This document shows positions 22,189 through 30,748 of a DNA stretch of 64,000 nucleotides, one piece after another (position 1 is the first letter of the stretch; the number at the start of each line of letters is the position of its first letter). Source of the stretch: a bacterium (GTDB lineage Bacteria; Acidobacteriota; Blastocatellia; HR10); NCBI GenBank assembly GCA_041640655.1, contig JBEPZV010000005.1, forward strand, positions 1-64,000. Direction: 5' to 3'. The notes below the pieces were generated by a model. The model was not told the origin of the DNA and did not search any database. It saw only the letters and a list, made by a program, of their open reading frames with translations. A program made the position numbers and the translations under genes.

Positions 22189-23874
22189 CTAGGGCGAGGC
22201 CGGGTAGGAGCCGAGGATCTTCAGGAAATCCGTCATCCGGCGCACCTCCTCAATCGCCGCCGCGATCGTCGGGTCTTCGAGACTCCCCTCCAGGTCCACG
22301 TAGAAGACGTACTCCCAGGGGCGACCGGCGATCGGCCGGGATTCGAGCTTCACCAGATTGATGTTCCTGTCGGCGAAGACCTTGAGCGTGCGCAGCAACG
22401 CCCCCGGCACATTCGGCGTACTGTAGATGAGCGAGGTCTTGTTCGCCTTCTCCGTGATCACATGCTCGGCGGAGATGACCAGGAAGCGCGTGTAATTGCG
22501 CGGATCGGATTCGATGCTCTCCACGAGCACGGCCATGCCGAAGTGTTTGGCCGCATCGAGGCTGGCGATGGCCGCCGCATCGCGCAGGCCGTTCTCCTTG
22601 ATGTGCTTGACCGCGCCGGCCGTGTCCGAGACCTGATGGATCTCCCATTCCGGATGCGCCGCGAGGAAGAGATGACATTGCGCCATCGCCTGCGGATGCA
22701 CGTACACGCGACGGATCTCTTCGAGTCGCACGCCGTCATGCGCGATGAGATTGTGGATGATCCGCAGCTTCAGCTCACCCACGATGGCCACGTCATACTC
22801 CAGGAGCAGATCGTAGTTCTCGTGGATGCTTCCGGTCAGAGAATTCTCAATGGGAACGACGCCGTAATGGACGCGGCGGTGCGCGACGGCTTCGAAGACC
22901 TCGCGGAACGTCGCCTGCGGGACGGGCCGCGCGTTCTCGCCGAAGTACTGGAAGACGGCCTTCTCGCTGAAGGCGCCCGGCTCGCCCTGATAGGCGACCC
23001 GCAGCGGCGAGACCTTCACCCACGCGGCCGGTACAACCGGTTTGTACGAGAGGTCGAGTTGCCGCCCGACGACCGGCGCGATCACCTCCAGATCGCGCAT
23101 GAGCTTCTCCAGCTGCTCGAAGTACAGGCTCTGCGGGCCGTCCGAGAGCGCCTTCTCCGGCTCCGGATGCACCTCGACGATGATCCCATCGGCTCCGGCC
23201 GCGATCGCCGCCAGCGCCATCGCCGCCACGTGCTGCCGATTGCCCGTGCCGTGGCTCGGGTCCACAATGATGGGCAAGTGCGTCTTCGTCTTGAGGACGG
23301 GAATCAGACTGAGGTCGAGCGTGAAGCGGGAGTGATCCGAGAACGTGCGAATCCCCCGCTCGCAGAGGACGACGTTCTCGTTGCCCCGCACGAGGATATA
23401 TTCGGCCGCGGCCAGGAATTCCTCGAGCGTGGCGGCCATCCCCCGCTTGAGGAGGACGGGCTTGCGCTGTTCGCCCACGGCCTTGAGCAGCTCGAAGTTC
23501 TGCATGTTGCGCGCGCCGATCTGCAACATATCGGCATAGGCGGCGACCAGCTCCACATGCTCCGGCGAGAGGACTTCGGTCACCACCGGCAATCCCGTCC
23601 GCTCGCGCGCTTCGGCCAGAATCTTCAATCCCTCTTCCCCAAGCCCTTGGAAACTGTAGGGCGATGTGCGGGGCTTGAACGCTCCGCCGCGCAGCATCGT
23701 GACGCCCATGCGTTTGACGCGCTCGGCGACGTCCAACATCATCTCCCGATTCTCCACCGCGCACGGCCCGGCGATGACGACGAATTTCTCGCCGCCGATG
23801 ATCCGGTCACCGACGCGCACCAGCGTCCGTTCCTTCTTCGCCTCCCAGTTGACGAGCTTCAGTTGAACGGCCAT
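22189..23874 (-). CDS. Bifunctional DAHP synthase (type I-beta) / prephenate dehydratase with ACT domain
   Basis: [37 protein letters not shown]; then [28 protein letters not shown]. Confidence 0.93.
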   Translation of the reverse strand: MAVQLKLVNWEAKKERTLVRVGDRIIGGEKFVVIAGPCAVENREMMLDVAERVKRMGVTMLRGGAFKPRTSPYSFQGLGEEGLKILAEARERTGLPVVTEVLSPEHVELVAAYADMLQIGARNMQNFELLKAVGEQRKPVLLKRGMAATLEEFLAAAEYILVRGNENVVLCERGIRTFSDHSRFTLDLSLIPVLKTKTHLPIIVDPSHGTGNRQHVAAMALAAIAAGADGIIVEVHPEPEKALSDGPQSLYFEQLEKLMRDLEVIAPVVGRQLDLSYKPVVPAAWVKVSPLRVAYQGEPGAFSEKAVFQYFGENARPVPQATFREVFEAVAHRRVHYGVVPIENSLTGSIHENYDLLLEYDVAIVGELKLRIIHNLIAHDGVRLEEIRRVYVHPQAMAQCHLFLAAHPEWEIHQVSDTAGAVKHIKENGLRDAAAIASLDAAKHFGMAVLVESIESDPRNYTRFLVISAEHVITEKANKTSLIYSTPNVPGALLRTLKVFADRNINLVKLESRPIAGRPWEYVFYVDLEGSLEDPTIAAAIEEVRRMTDFLKILGSYPASP

Positions 23875-23964
23875 CGCTCTGCCTCCTTGAGATGGAATGC
23901 CCCGACGACCCCTCGCGCGAGATCGTCGGATTCAGTCGGTGGGGATGTCGTTGTCGGAGGGGAA

Positions 23965-24063
23965 TCAGCCGCGCTCGTCCGCTCGCGGCGGACGAAAGCG
24001 AAACAGGGCCGGGAAGAAGCAGCGTGGGCGAAGAGGCCACATCGTCCGAGAAGCCTTCACCAT
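23965..24063 (-). CDS. Putative Phe-rich leader peptide (MVKASRTMWPLRPRCFFPALFRFRPPRADERG; alternative ATG at 24090)
   Basis: Short ORF between promoter and DAHPS-PDT gene; 4 Phe in 8 codons plus one Trp; AAGGAGG upstream. Confidence 0.55.
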   Translation of the reverse strand: MVKASRTMWPLRPRCFFPALFRFRPPRADERG

Positions 24064-24125
24064 TTCTCGCGTGATGGCCACCTCCTTCATCCTTCGGCCC
24101 TCGATCGCAAAAGATGTGAGGACTT

Positions 24126-24154
24126 AGTATGCGAGGGGATTTGGCAGATGTCAA
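24126..24154 (-). promoter_or_regulatory. sigma70 promoter for leader + DAHPS-PDT
   Basis: TTGACA-17nt-CATACT on minus strand. Confidence 0.8.
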
Positions 24155-24249
24155 GACGGGGCGAGTGAAGTCGGTGGATCGCTGGACAGAGCGCGGCCTC
24201 TTCTGCTATGTTCCCGCCCGAGATCGGATCTCAGACGAGGAGGGGGACG

Positions 24250-25944
24250 ATGCGGCGGATGGTCATCTTCGCGAGTCTTTTCCTCTCACTTTTGATCGGG
24301 CGAATCCCCGGGCAAGCGCCCACGTATGACATCCTCATTCGCGGAGGGCGGGTCATAGATGGAACGGGGAATCCCTGGTTTTCTGCCGACGTCGCCGTCA
24401 AAGACGGGCGCATCGTGGCCATCGGGCGATTGGAGGGGGCGACGGCCACCCGCGTCATTGATGCGCGTGGGTTGTACGTCGTGCCCGGATTCATTGATCT
24501 GCACTCGCACGCGGACGAGGGATTGGGCTCACCGCGCACCCGGGCGAATCCGAATATGATCATGCAGGGCGTGACGACGGTCGTCGTCAATCAAGATGGA
24601 CGATCGCCGTGGCCGATCGCCGAGCAGAAGGCGCTCTATGAGCGTCAGGGGATCGGGACCAACGTCGTCCTCATGGTCGGGCATGGGACGGTGCGCAGTC
24701 TCGTCATGAAGGAGGATATTCGACGGCCAGCGACTCCGGAAGAGATCGAGCGGATGAAGGCACTCGTGCGGCAGGGATTGGAGGAGGGCGCCTTTGGATT
24801 GAGCGCCGGACTGGAGTATGTGCCCGGTCGTTGGAGCACGACCGAAGAGCTGGTCGAGTTGGCGAAGGTCGTCGCCGCCTATGGCGGATTCTATATCGCG
24901 CATCAGCGAAGCGAAGGGCGCGATCCGATGTGGAAGAACGCGTCCGATCCGACGCCCTCAGGGGATCTGCTGCAGGCGGTGAAGGAGACGATCGAGATCA
25001 GCGCCCGATCGGGTGTCGTGGCCGTCGCGTCCCACTTGAAGGCGAAGGGGGCCTCGTACTGGGGCAGCAGCTATGCCGCCGTGCGCTTGATCGCCGAAGC
25101 GCGAGAGCGAGGTCTGCCCGTTTACGCCGATCAATATCCGTACGATACGACAGGGACAGATGGACAAACGGTGTTGATCCCTCTGTGGGCGCTGGCGGAG
25201 GAAGGCGTGGACGTGGGCGGGCAGCTCGGTCAGCTCGCGCGCGGGCGGGCCGAAGTGTTCGCGCGCCTCAAGGAGAATCTGCGGCGTCGCCTCGCCGATC
25301 CGAAGGTGCGCGAGACGATCCGCGCGGACATCGCCCATGAGATTGACCGTCGCGGCGGCGCGGATCGCATCATCGTTTACGAGTTCCCGGACCCGAAGTT
25401 TGTCGGGAAATCGCTCGGCGAGATCGCGCGCGAACGCGGCGAAGACCCGGTGGATACGGCCCTGTGGATGCAGCTGAACGGGCTGGATCGCCCGGGCGGA
25501 GCGCGTATGCGCGGTTTCTCCCTCTCGGAGCTGGACATCGAGCACATCATGCGGCAGGAGTTCACGGCGACCTGCAGCGATGCCGGCACGGTCGCCTTCG
25601 GTGAGGGGATTCCGCATCCGCGATACTACGGGGCCTTCCCGCGAAAGATTCGACGATATGTCTTCGAGCGAGGGGTGATCTCCCTGCCGTTCGCCATTCG
25701 CTCGATGACGTCGCTCCCGGCGCAGATCATCGGCCTGCGCGATCGCGGCTTGTTGCGCGAGGGGTATTGGGCCGACATCACCATCTTCGATCCGGAGAAG
25801 ATCGCCGACCGCGCGACCTATGAGAATCCGCATCAATATGCCGAGGGCATTCGCTATGTCTTGGTCAACGGCGAATTCGTGGTGGATGAGGGGAAGATCA
25901 CGGGGAAGCTCCCGGGCAAAGTCCTGACCCCCGCGCGGCGATAA
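24250..25944 (+). CDS. N-acyl-D-amino acid deacylase / amidohydrolase, exported
   Basis: Signal peptide; DGTG; PGFIDLHSHAD; GLEYVPG; HPRYYGAFPR. Confidence 0.92.
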   Translation: MRRMVIFASLFLSLLIGRIPGQAPTYDILIRGGRVIDGTGNPWFSADVAVKDGRIVAIGRLEGATATRVIDARGLYVVPGFIDLHSHADEGLGSPRTRANPNMIMQGVTTVVVNQDGRSPWPIAEQKALYERQGIGTNVVLMVGHGTVRSLVMKEDIRRPATPEEIERMKALVRQGLEEGAFGLSAGLEYVPGRWSTTEELVELAKVVAAYGGFYIAHQRSEGRDPMWKNASDPTPSGDLLQAVKETIEISARSGVVAVASHLKAKGASYWGSSYAAVRLIAEARERGLPVYADQYPYDTTGTDGQTVLIPLWALAEEGVDVGGQLGQLARGRAEVFARLKENLRRRLADPKVRETIRADIAHEIDRRGGADRIIVYEFPDPKFVGKSLGEIARERGEDPVDTALWMQLNGLDRPGGARMRGFSLSELDIEHIMRQEFTATCSDAGTVAFGEGIPHPRYYGAFPRKIRRYVFERGVISLPFAIRSMTSLPAQIIGLRDRGLLREGYWADITIFDPEKIADRATYENPHQYAEGIRYVLVNGEFVVDEGKITGKLPGKVLTPARR

Positions 25945-26023
25945 ACCCACGTCCCGGTGGAACAGGAACGGTCGCGAGAGCACGCTCGCCGGGCCCATCC
26001 ACGAACGTTCTCGATCCTCGGCC

Positions 26024-26953
26024 TCAGGGGCCGAGCAGGCGCAGGAGGATGGCCTTCTGGATGTGGAGGCGGTTCTCGGCCTGATCGAAGACGATGCTGT
26101 GCGGGCCGTCAATGACATCCCCGGTCACCTCGGCGCCGCGTTCGGCCGGCAGACAATGCATGAACACGACGTCGGGACGAGCCTGCTGCAGAAGGTCCGC
26201 GGTCACCTGGAACGGACGGAGGCGTCGCTCGCGTGCCGAGCGCTCTTCCGGCGGGATGTGGTAGCTCATCCACGTATCCGTGTAGACGATGTCAGCCTGA
26301 GCGACGGCCGCCCGCGCCTCGTGCAGGACTTCGATGACGGCTCCGGTCTCGCGAGCGGCTGCGCGCGCGCGTTGGAGAACCGTGGGATCGGGCTCGAAGT
26401 CGGGTCCTTCAGGGCAGCCCACACTCACGTTGAGACCGACCTTGGCGCCCCCCAGCAGCAGCGAATGGGTCACGTTGTTGTGCCCATCGCCCACGTAGGC
26501 GAGCTTGAGGCCGCGCCATCGGCCCTTCTTCTCGAGGATGGTCATCAGGTCGCCGAGCACCTGACAGGGATGCTCGTGATCGGTCAATCCGTTGATGACC
26601 GGCACGCTCGCATGCGCGGCCAGCTCCTCCAGATCGGCCTGCTGAAACAGGCGCGCCATGATCGCGTCCACATAGCGCGAGACCGTGCGCGCCACGTCGG
26701 CCAGGCTCTCTTTCCCCTTGCCCCAGGGAGACGTGCCGAGATCGTAGTAGATGGCGTGGCCGCCCATCTGCAGCATGGCCACCTCGAATGAGAGGCGCGT
26801 GCGCAGCGATGGTTTTTGGAAGAGCATGAGGAGCACGCGCCCTTGCAGAGCGTGCGCGACCTGACGGGGATCGCGTTTGATCTGTAGGCCCTGCTCGATG
26901 GTCTCTTCGATCCACTCGCGCGGCCAATCGGCCAGGGAGAGAAGGTGTCGCAT
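26024..26953 (-). CDS. argF: Ornithine carbamoyltransferase (probably catabolic)
   Basis: KPSLRTR, HPCQ, DTWMSYH, FMHCLP, QAENR. Confidence 0.93.
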   Translation of the reverse strand: MRHLLSLADWPREWIEETIEQGLQIKRDPRQVAHALQGRVLLMLFQKPSLRTRLSFEVAMLQMGGHAIYYDLGTSPWGKGKESLADVARTVSRYVDAIMARLFQQADLEELAAHASVPVINGLTDHEHPCQVLGDLMTILEKKGRWRGLKLAYVGDGHNNVTHSLLLGGAKVGLNVSVGCPEGPDFEPDPTVLQRARAAARETGAVIEVLHEARAAVAQADIVYTDTWMSYHIPPEERSARERRLRPFQVTADLLQQARPDVVFMHCLPAERGAEVTGDVIDGPHSIVFDQAENRLHIQKAILLRLLGP

Positions 26954-26965
26954 CGGGACCTCCTT

Positions 26966-27904
26966 TCACTCCGGATAGATGTGCGTTCCCGCCTGCTCGC
27001 GGAGAGCTGCCGCCGCCAGCTCCGGTCGCGTGATGATGACCTCGCGGCCGCCGCGCTGGAGAAAAGCGATGGCGGCTTCGATCTTCGGCCCCATGCTCCC
27101 CGGCGCGAAATGTCCTTCGGCCAGATAGTGTTGGGCTTCGGCCAGCGTCATCCGCTGGATGGCGCGCTCCTGGGGAGTGCCGAAATAGAGTTTCACCGTC
27201 TCGACGGCCGTCAGGTCAATCAACCGATCCGCCCGCAGGGCCGTCGCCAGCAGGCTCGACGCCAGGTCCTTATCCACGACAGCTTCGATGCCCACAAGCG
27301 TTCCATCCTCAGCGGCCACGGGAATTCCGCCGCCTCCCGCGGCCACGACGATCACGCCGTCCTCAAACAGGCGGGTGATCACCTCCTGCTCGATGATGCG
27401 AAGCGGCACCGGCGAGGGGACGGCGCGACGATAGCCGCGGTGCGCGTCTTCCGCGAGAACGTATCCCCTCCGCTTCAGTTCCTCGGCTTGCGCCGCCGTG
27501 TAGAACGGGCCGATGGGTTTGGTCGGCATCTGCAGGCGCGGATCCTGACGATCCACGACCACCTGCGTGAGGACGGTCGCGATCGGCCGCGCGATGCCGC
27601 GACGACGAAGCAGATTGTGCAGGGTGCGCTGAATGAGATACCCCATCTCGCCCTGCGACTGGGCGACGCAGACATCCAGCGGCAGATCGTATGCTTTCCC
27701 TCGCGCTTCCTCGACGCGAATGAGGATGTTGCCGACCTGCGGGCCGTTGCCGTGCGTGAGGGCGATCCGATGCCCCTCGTGGATCAATTCGACCACGCCG
27801 CCGAGTGAGGCCTCCAGATTCGCCAATTGTTCGGGAATCGTCCCGGCTTGCCCCGGTGTGATCAAGGCGTTGCCGCCGAGCGCGATGACGAGTCGTTCGC
27901 TCAT
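26966..27904 (-). CDS. arcC: Carbamate kinase
   Basis: IALGGNAL, THGNGPQVG, PTKPIG, GGGGIPV, EAVVDKD, GSMGPK; real start MSERL at 27904. Confidence 0.97.
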   Translation of the reverse strand: MSERLVIALGGNALITPGQAGTIPEQLANLEASLGGVVELIHEGHRIALTHGNGPQVGNILIRVEEARGKAYDLPLDVCVAQSQGEMGYLIQRTLHNLLRRRGIARPIATVLTQVVVDRQDPRLQMPTKPIGPFYTAAQAEELKRRGYVLAEDAHRGYRRAVPSPVPLRIIEQEVITRLFEDGVIVVAAGGGGIPVAAEDGTLVGIEAVVDKDLASSLLATALRADRLIDLTAVETVKLYFGTPQERAIQRMTLAEAQHYLAEGHFAPGSMGPKIEAAIAFLQRGGREVIITRPELAAAALREQAGTHIYPE

Positions 27905-29232
27905 CGTCGGTTCATCCTGGCGAGGAAGTCCCGTAAGACCTCGTGAAGCGTCGGCGAGCCGACTTCCTCCAGCTCGTAAGCGACGCGGCACGTCGGATGC
28001 CGCATCTGCAGGACGCGACGCAGATCCACAGGCGTGGCTACGAGCACGACGTCGCAGGGCACGCGATTGATCGTCTCTTCGAGTTCGCGCATCTGTTCGA
28101 GGCCGTAGCCCATTGCCGGCAGCAGCGGCCCGATGTGCGGATACTCGGCGAACGTCTCGCGGATGCTGCCGACCGCGTACGGGCGCGGATCCACCAGCTC
28201 GCGGGCGCCGAACTGTCGGGCGGCGAGCACGCCCGCTCCGTAACTCATCTCGCCGTGCGTCAGCGTCGGTCCATCCTCCACCACAAGCACGCGGCGATCG
28301 CGAATCGCCTCGGGCGCGTCCACGACGATTGTCAGGCCGGCCTCGATGACCATCGCCGTCGGGTTGAAAGCGCGAATATTTCGTCGAACGGTCTCCACAT
28401 CTTCCGGGCGCGCCGTGTTGACCTTGCTGATGATGAGGACATCGGCCCGCAGGAAATTCACTTCTCCGGGGAAGTACCCGCGCTCGTGTCCGGGCCGATG
28501 CGGATCCACGAGCACGATCTCCAGATCGGGCACGAAGAAGGGGAGATCGTTGTTCCCCCCGTCCCAGAGCAGGATGTCGGCCTCGGCCTCCGCCTGGCGC
28601 AGAATCCGCTCGTAATCCACGCCGGCGTAGACGATCACGCCGTTGCGCAGATGCGGTTCGTACTCCTCCATCTCCTCGATGGTGCACTTGTAGCGGCGCA
28701 GATCCTCGAGCGTCTCGAACCGTTGCACGACTTGCTGAGAGAGGTCGCCATAGGGCATGGGATGGCGCACGACGACGACGCGACAGCCCATCTCCCGAAG
28801 GAGCCGAGCGATCTTACGGCTCGCCGGACTCTTGCCGCAGCCCGTGCGCACGGCGCAGACGGAGATGACGGGCCGATCGGCGCGCAGCATCGTGGCGCGC
28901 GGCCCGAGCACGCGGAAGTCGGCGCCGTGCGCCAGCGCCCGCGCGGCCGCATGCATGACGTGCTCATGCGAGACATCGCTGTAGGAGAAGACGACCTGAT
29001 CAATCTCGTGCTCTTCGATCAACCGCTCCAAGTCCTCTTCCGGGTAGATGGGCAGCCCTTCGGGGTACAACTCGCCCGCCAGCTCGGGCGGATAGCGCCG
29101 CCCCTCGATGTTGGGGATCTGCGCCGCCGTGAAGGCGACGACCTCGTACTGCGGATCGTCGCGGAAGACGACATTGAAATTGTGAAAGTCTCGACCGGCT
29201 GCTCCCATGATGAGGATGCGCGTGCGCTTCAT
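27901..29232 (-). CDS. arcE: Arginine synthetase (ArcE)-like P-loop ligase (often annotated GTPase / cDPG synthetase-like)
   Basis: GAAGRDFHNFN, AVRTGCGKS, RHPMPYG, WDGGNND, EDGPTLTHG, LPAMGY; coupled to arcC and OTC. Confidence 0.8.
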   Translation of the reverse strand: MKRTRILIMGAAGRDFHNFNVVFRDDPQYEVVAFTAAQIPNIEGRRYPPELAGELYPEGLPIYPEEDLERLIEEHEIDQVVFSYSDVSHEHVMHAAARALAHGADFRVLGPRATMLRADRPVISVCAVRTGCGKSPASRKIARLLREMGCRVVVVRHPMPYGDLSQQVVQRFETLEDLRRYKCTIEEMEEYEPHLRNGVIVYAGVDYERILRQAEAEADILLWDGGNNDLPFFVPDLEIVLVDPHRPGHERGYFPGEVNFLRADVLIISKVNTARPEDVETVRRNIRAFNPTAMVIEAGLTIVVDAPEAIRDRRVLVVEDGPTLTHGEMSYGAGVLAARQFGARELVDPRPYAVGSIRETFAEYPHIGPLLPAMGYGLEQMRELEETINRVPCDVVLVATPVDLRRVLQMRHPTCRVAYELEEVGSPTLHEVLRDFLARMNRR

Positions 29233-29271
29233 AGGCCTCGTCTCCGTGTGCCGTGCTGTCGCCAGGATTCG

Positions 29272-30585
29272 TCAGATCACGCTCCCTTCAGGAACGACCG
29301 CATTCTTGGGGATGATCACGATGCCCTCGCGAATGTAGTAGTTTGGGCCATCGGCCTGCTGCGCCCCCGCTTCGTTCACAATGCGCGCGCGGGCGCCAAT
29401 GCGCACATTGCGATCCAGAATGGCGCGCCGAATGACGGCCCCTTCGCCGATGCCGATCTCCGGAAGGCCGCGCGCGCGATCCCGCTCCTGCTCCTCGGGC
29501 GAGGGGAAGAATTCCGCGCCGAACGCGATCACGCCGTCCACGTGAGCGCCGCGCTCCACCCGGCTGCGCAATCCGAGGATCGAGCGATGCACGCGCGCGC
29601 CCGTGAGCCGCGAGCCGTCGGCGATCAGGGAATCCACGATCTCGCTCTCCCGGAGTGTGGCCGGGGGGAGATAACGCGGTCGCGTATAGATCGGCGCATT
29701 CGGATCGTGCATGACAAGCGGTGGGTTCGGCGCGAGCATCCGCATGTGCGCTTCGTAATAGGCGCCGATCGTGCTCACATCATCCCAATACCCACGATGC
29801 CAATACGCATAGACGCGGAAGCGGGCGACGGCCAGCGGAAGCGCCTCCAAGCCGAAATCGAAGGGAGCGCTGGTCTGCTCCAACAGGGAGGCGAGCACGT
29901 CTCGCTTGAAGAGATAAACCCCTGTGGCGATCAGGAACATCTGCGGGTCATGCGCCAGGCGGCATTCGCGTAAGGTCTCCTGGCGCGGTTCCTCCTCGTA
30001 GCGGAGGACGCGCCAATCGGACAGACGGAGAGAATGCACGTCCGAGCCGGCGATCTTCACGACGCCTCGCGTGCGCGCCAACGCCTCATCCGCGAGGACG
30101 ACGACCAGCGTGAGATCGGCTTCCGCTTCCAAATGGAAGGCGACGAGCTCCTGGAGCGCGAGAGTGCTCACGTGATCACCGGGCAGAATCAGCACGTGGT
30201 GCGCGGGCCATGGCTCGAAGTGTCGCCAGGCGCGTCGGATCGCGTCCGTCGAACTGCGGTACCACTGGTGACTCTCCCAGGTCTGCTCGGCCGCGATGAT
30301 CTCGACGAATTCGGTGGATTCGGCGAACCGTCCCACCCGATACGTCTGCATCACGTGCCGATTGAGCGAGACCGAATTGAATTGCGTGAGCACGTAGATG
30401 CGGCGGAGCCCGGCATGCAGGCACCGGCTGAGGGCCAGATCAATGAGCCGATAGTGCCCCAGGAACGGCAGAGCCGCTTTGGCGCGCTCCGCGGTCAAGG
30501 GGAAGAGACGAGCACCCTGCCCGAGCCCTAACACGATCGTCAACACCTGCTGCCCGAAGGCGCGTGTGGTCGCCACCCCGTTCAT
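29272..30585 (-). CDS. Glucose-1-phosphate adenylyltransferase family protein, degenerate (GlgC/GlgD-like)
   Basis: RLFPLT.ERAK, YRLID, LTQFNSVSLNRH, C-terminal beta-helix; several conserved motifs altered. Confidence 0.85.
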   Translation of the reverse strand: MNGVATTRAFGQQVLTIVLGLGQGARLFPLTAERAKAALPFLGHYRLIDLALSRCLHAGLRRIYVLTQFNSVSLNRHVMQTYRVGRFAESTEFVEIIAAEQTWESHQWYRSSTDAIRRAWRHFEPWPAHHVLILPGDHVSTLALQELVAFHLEAEADLTLVVVLADEALARTRGVVKIAGSDVHSLRLSDWRVLRYEEEPRQETLRECRLAHDPQMFLIATGVYLFKRDVLASLLEQTSAPFDFGLEALPLAVARFRVYAYWHRGYWDDVSTIGAYYEAHMRMLAPNPPLVMHDPNAPIYTRPRYLPPATLRESEIVDSLIADGSRLTGARVHRSILGLRSRVERGAHVDGVIAFGAEFFPSPEEQERDRARGLPEIGIGEGAVIRRAILDRNVRIGARARIVNEAGAQQADGPNYYIREGIVIIPKNAVVPEGSVI

Positions 30586-30748
30586 GCCGCTCTCATTTTA
30601 GCCCATGAGCGCGCTCGGGCGCTACGACCCTTCCTCGATCTCCGGCGCATCGGGAATAAATCTCCCCCGTTGGTGTGTATTCTGATGTGGGAGCTTTCCG
30701 AAGAAGGTCCAGGCCGTGAGGAGGACAGACATCATGAACGGAGGAGAC

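Noticed and set aside
20761..24168. 1135-aa plus-strand ORF
   Set aside because: Antisense shadow of the LeuA-like and DAHPS-PDT genes; no motifs; typical high-GC artefact
27905..28687. N-terminal extension making carbamate kinase look like a 573-aa fusion
   Set aside because: Alternative frame within arcE; CK homology starts at ATG 27904
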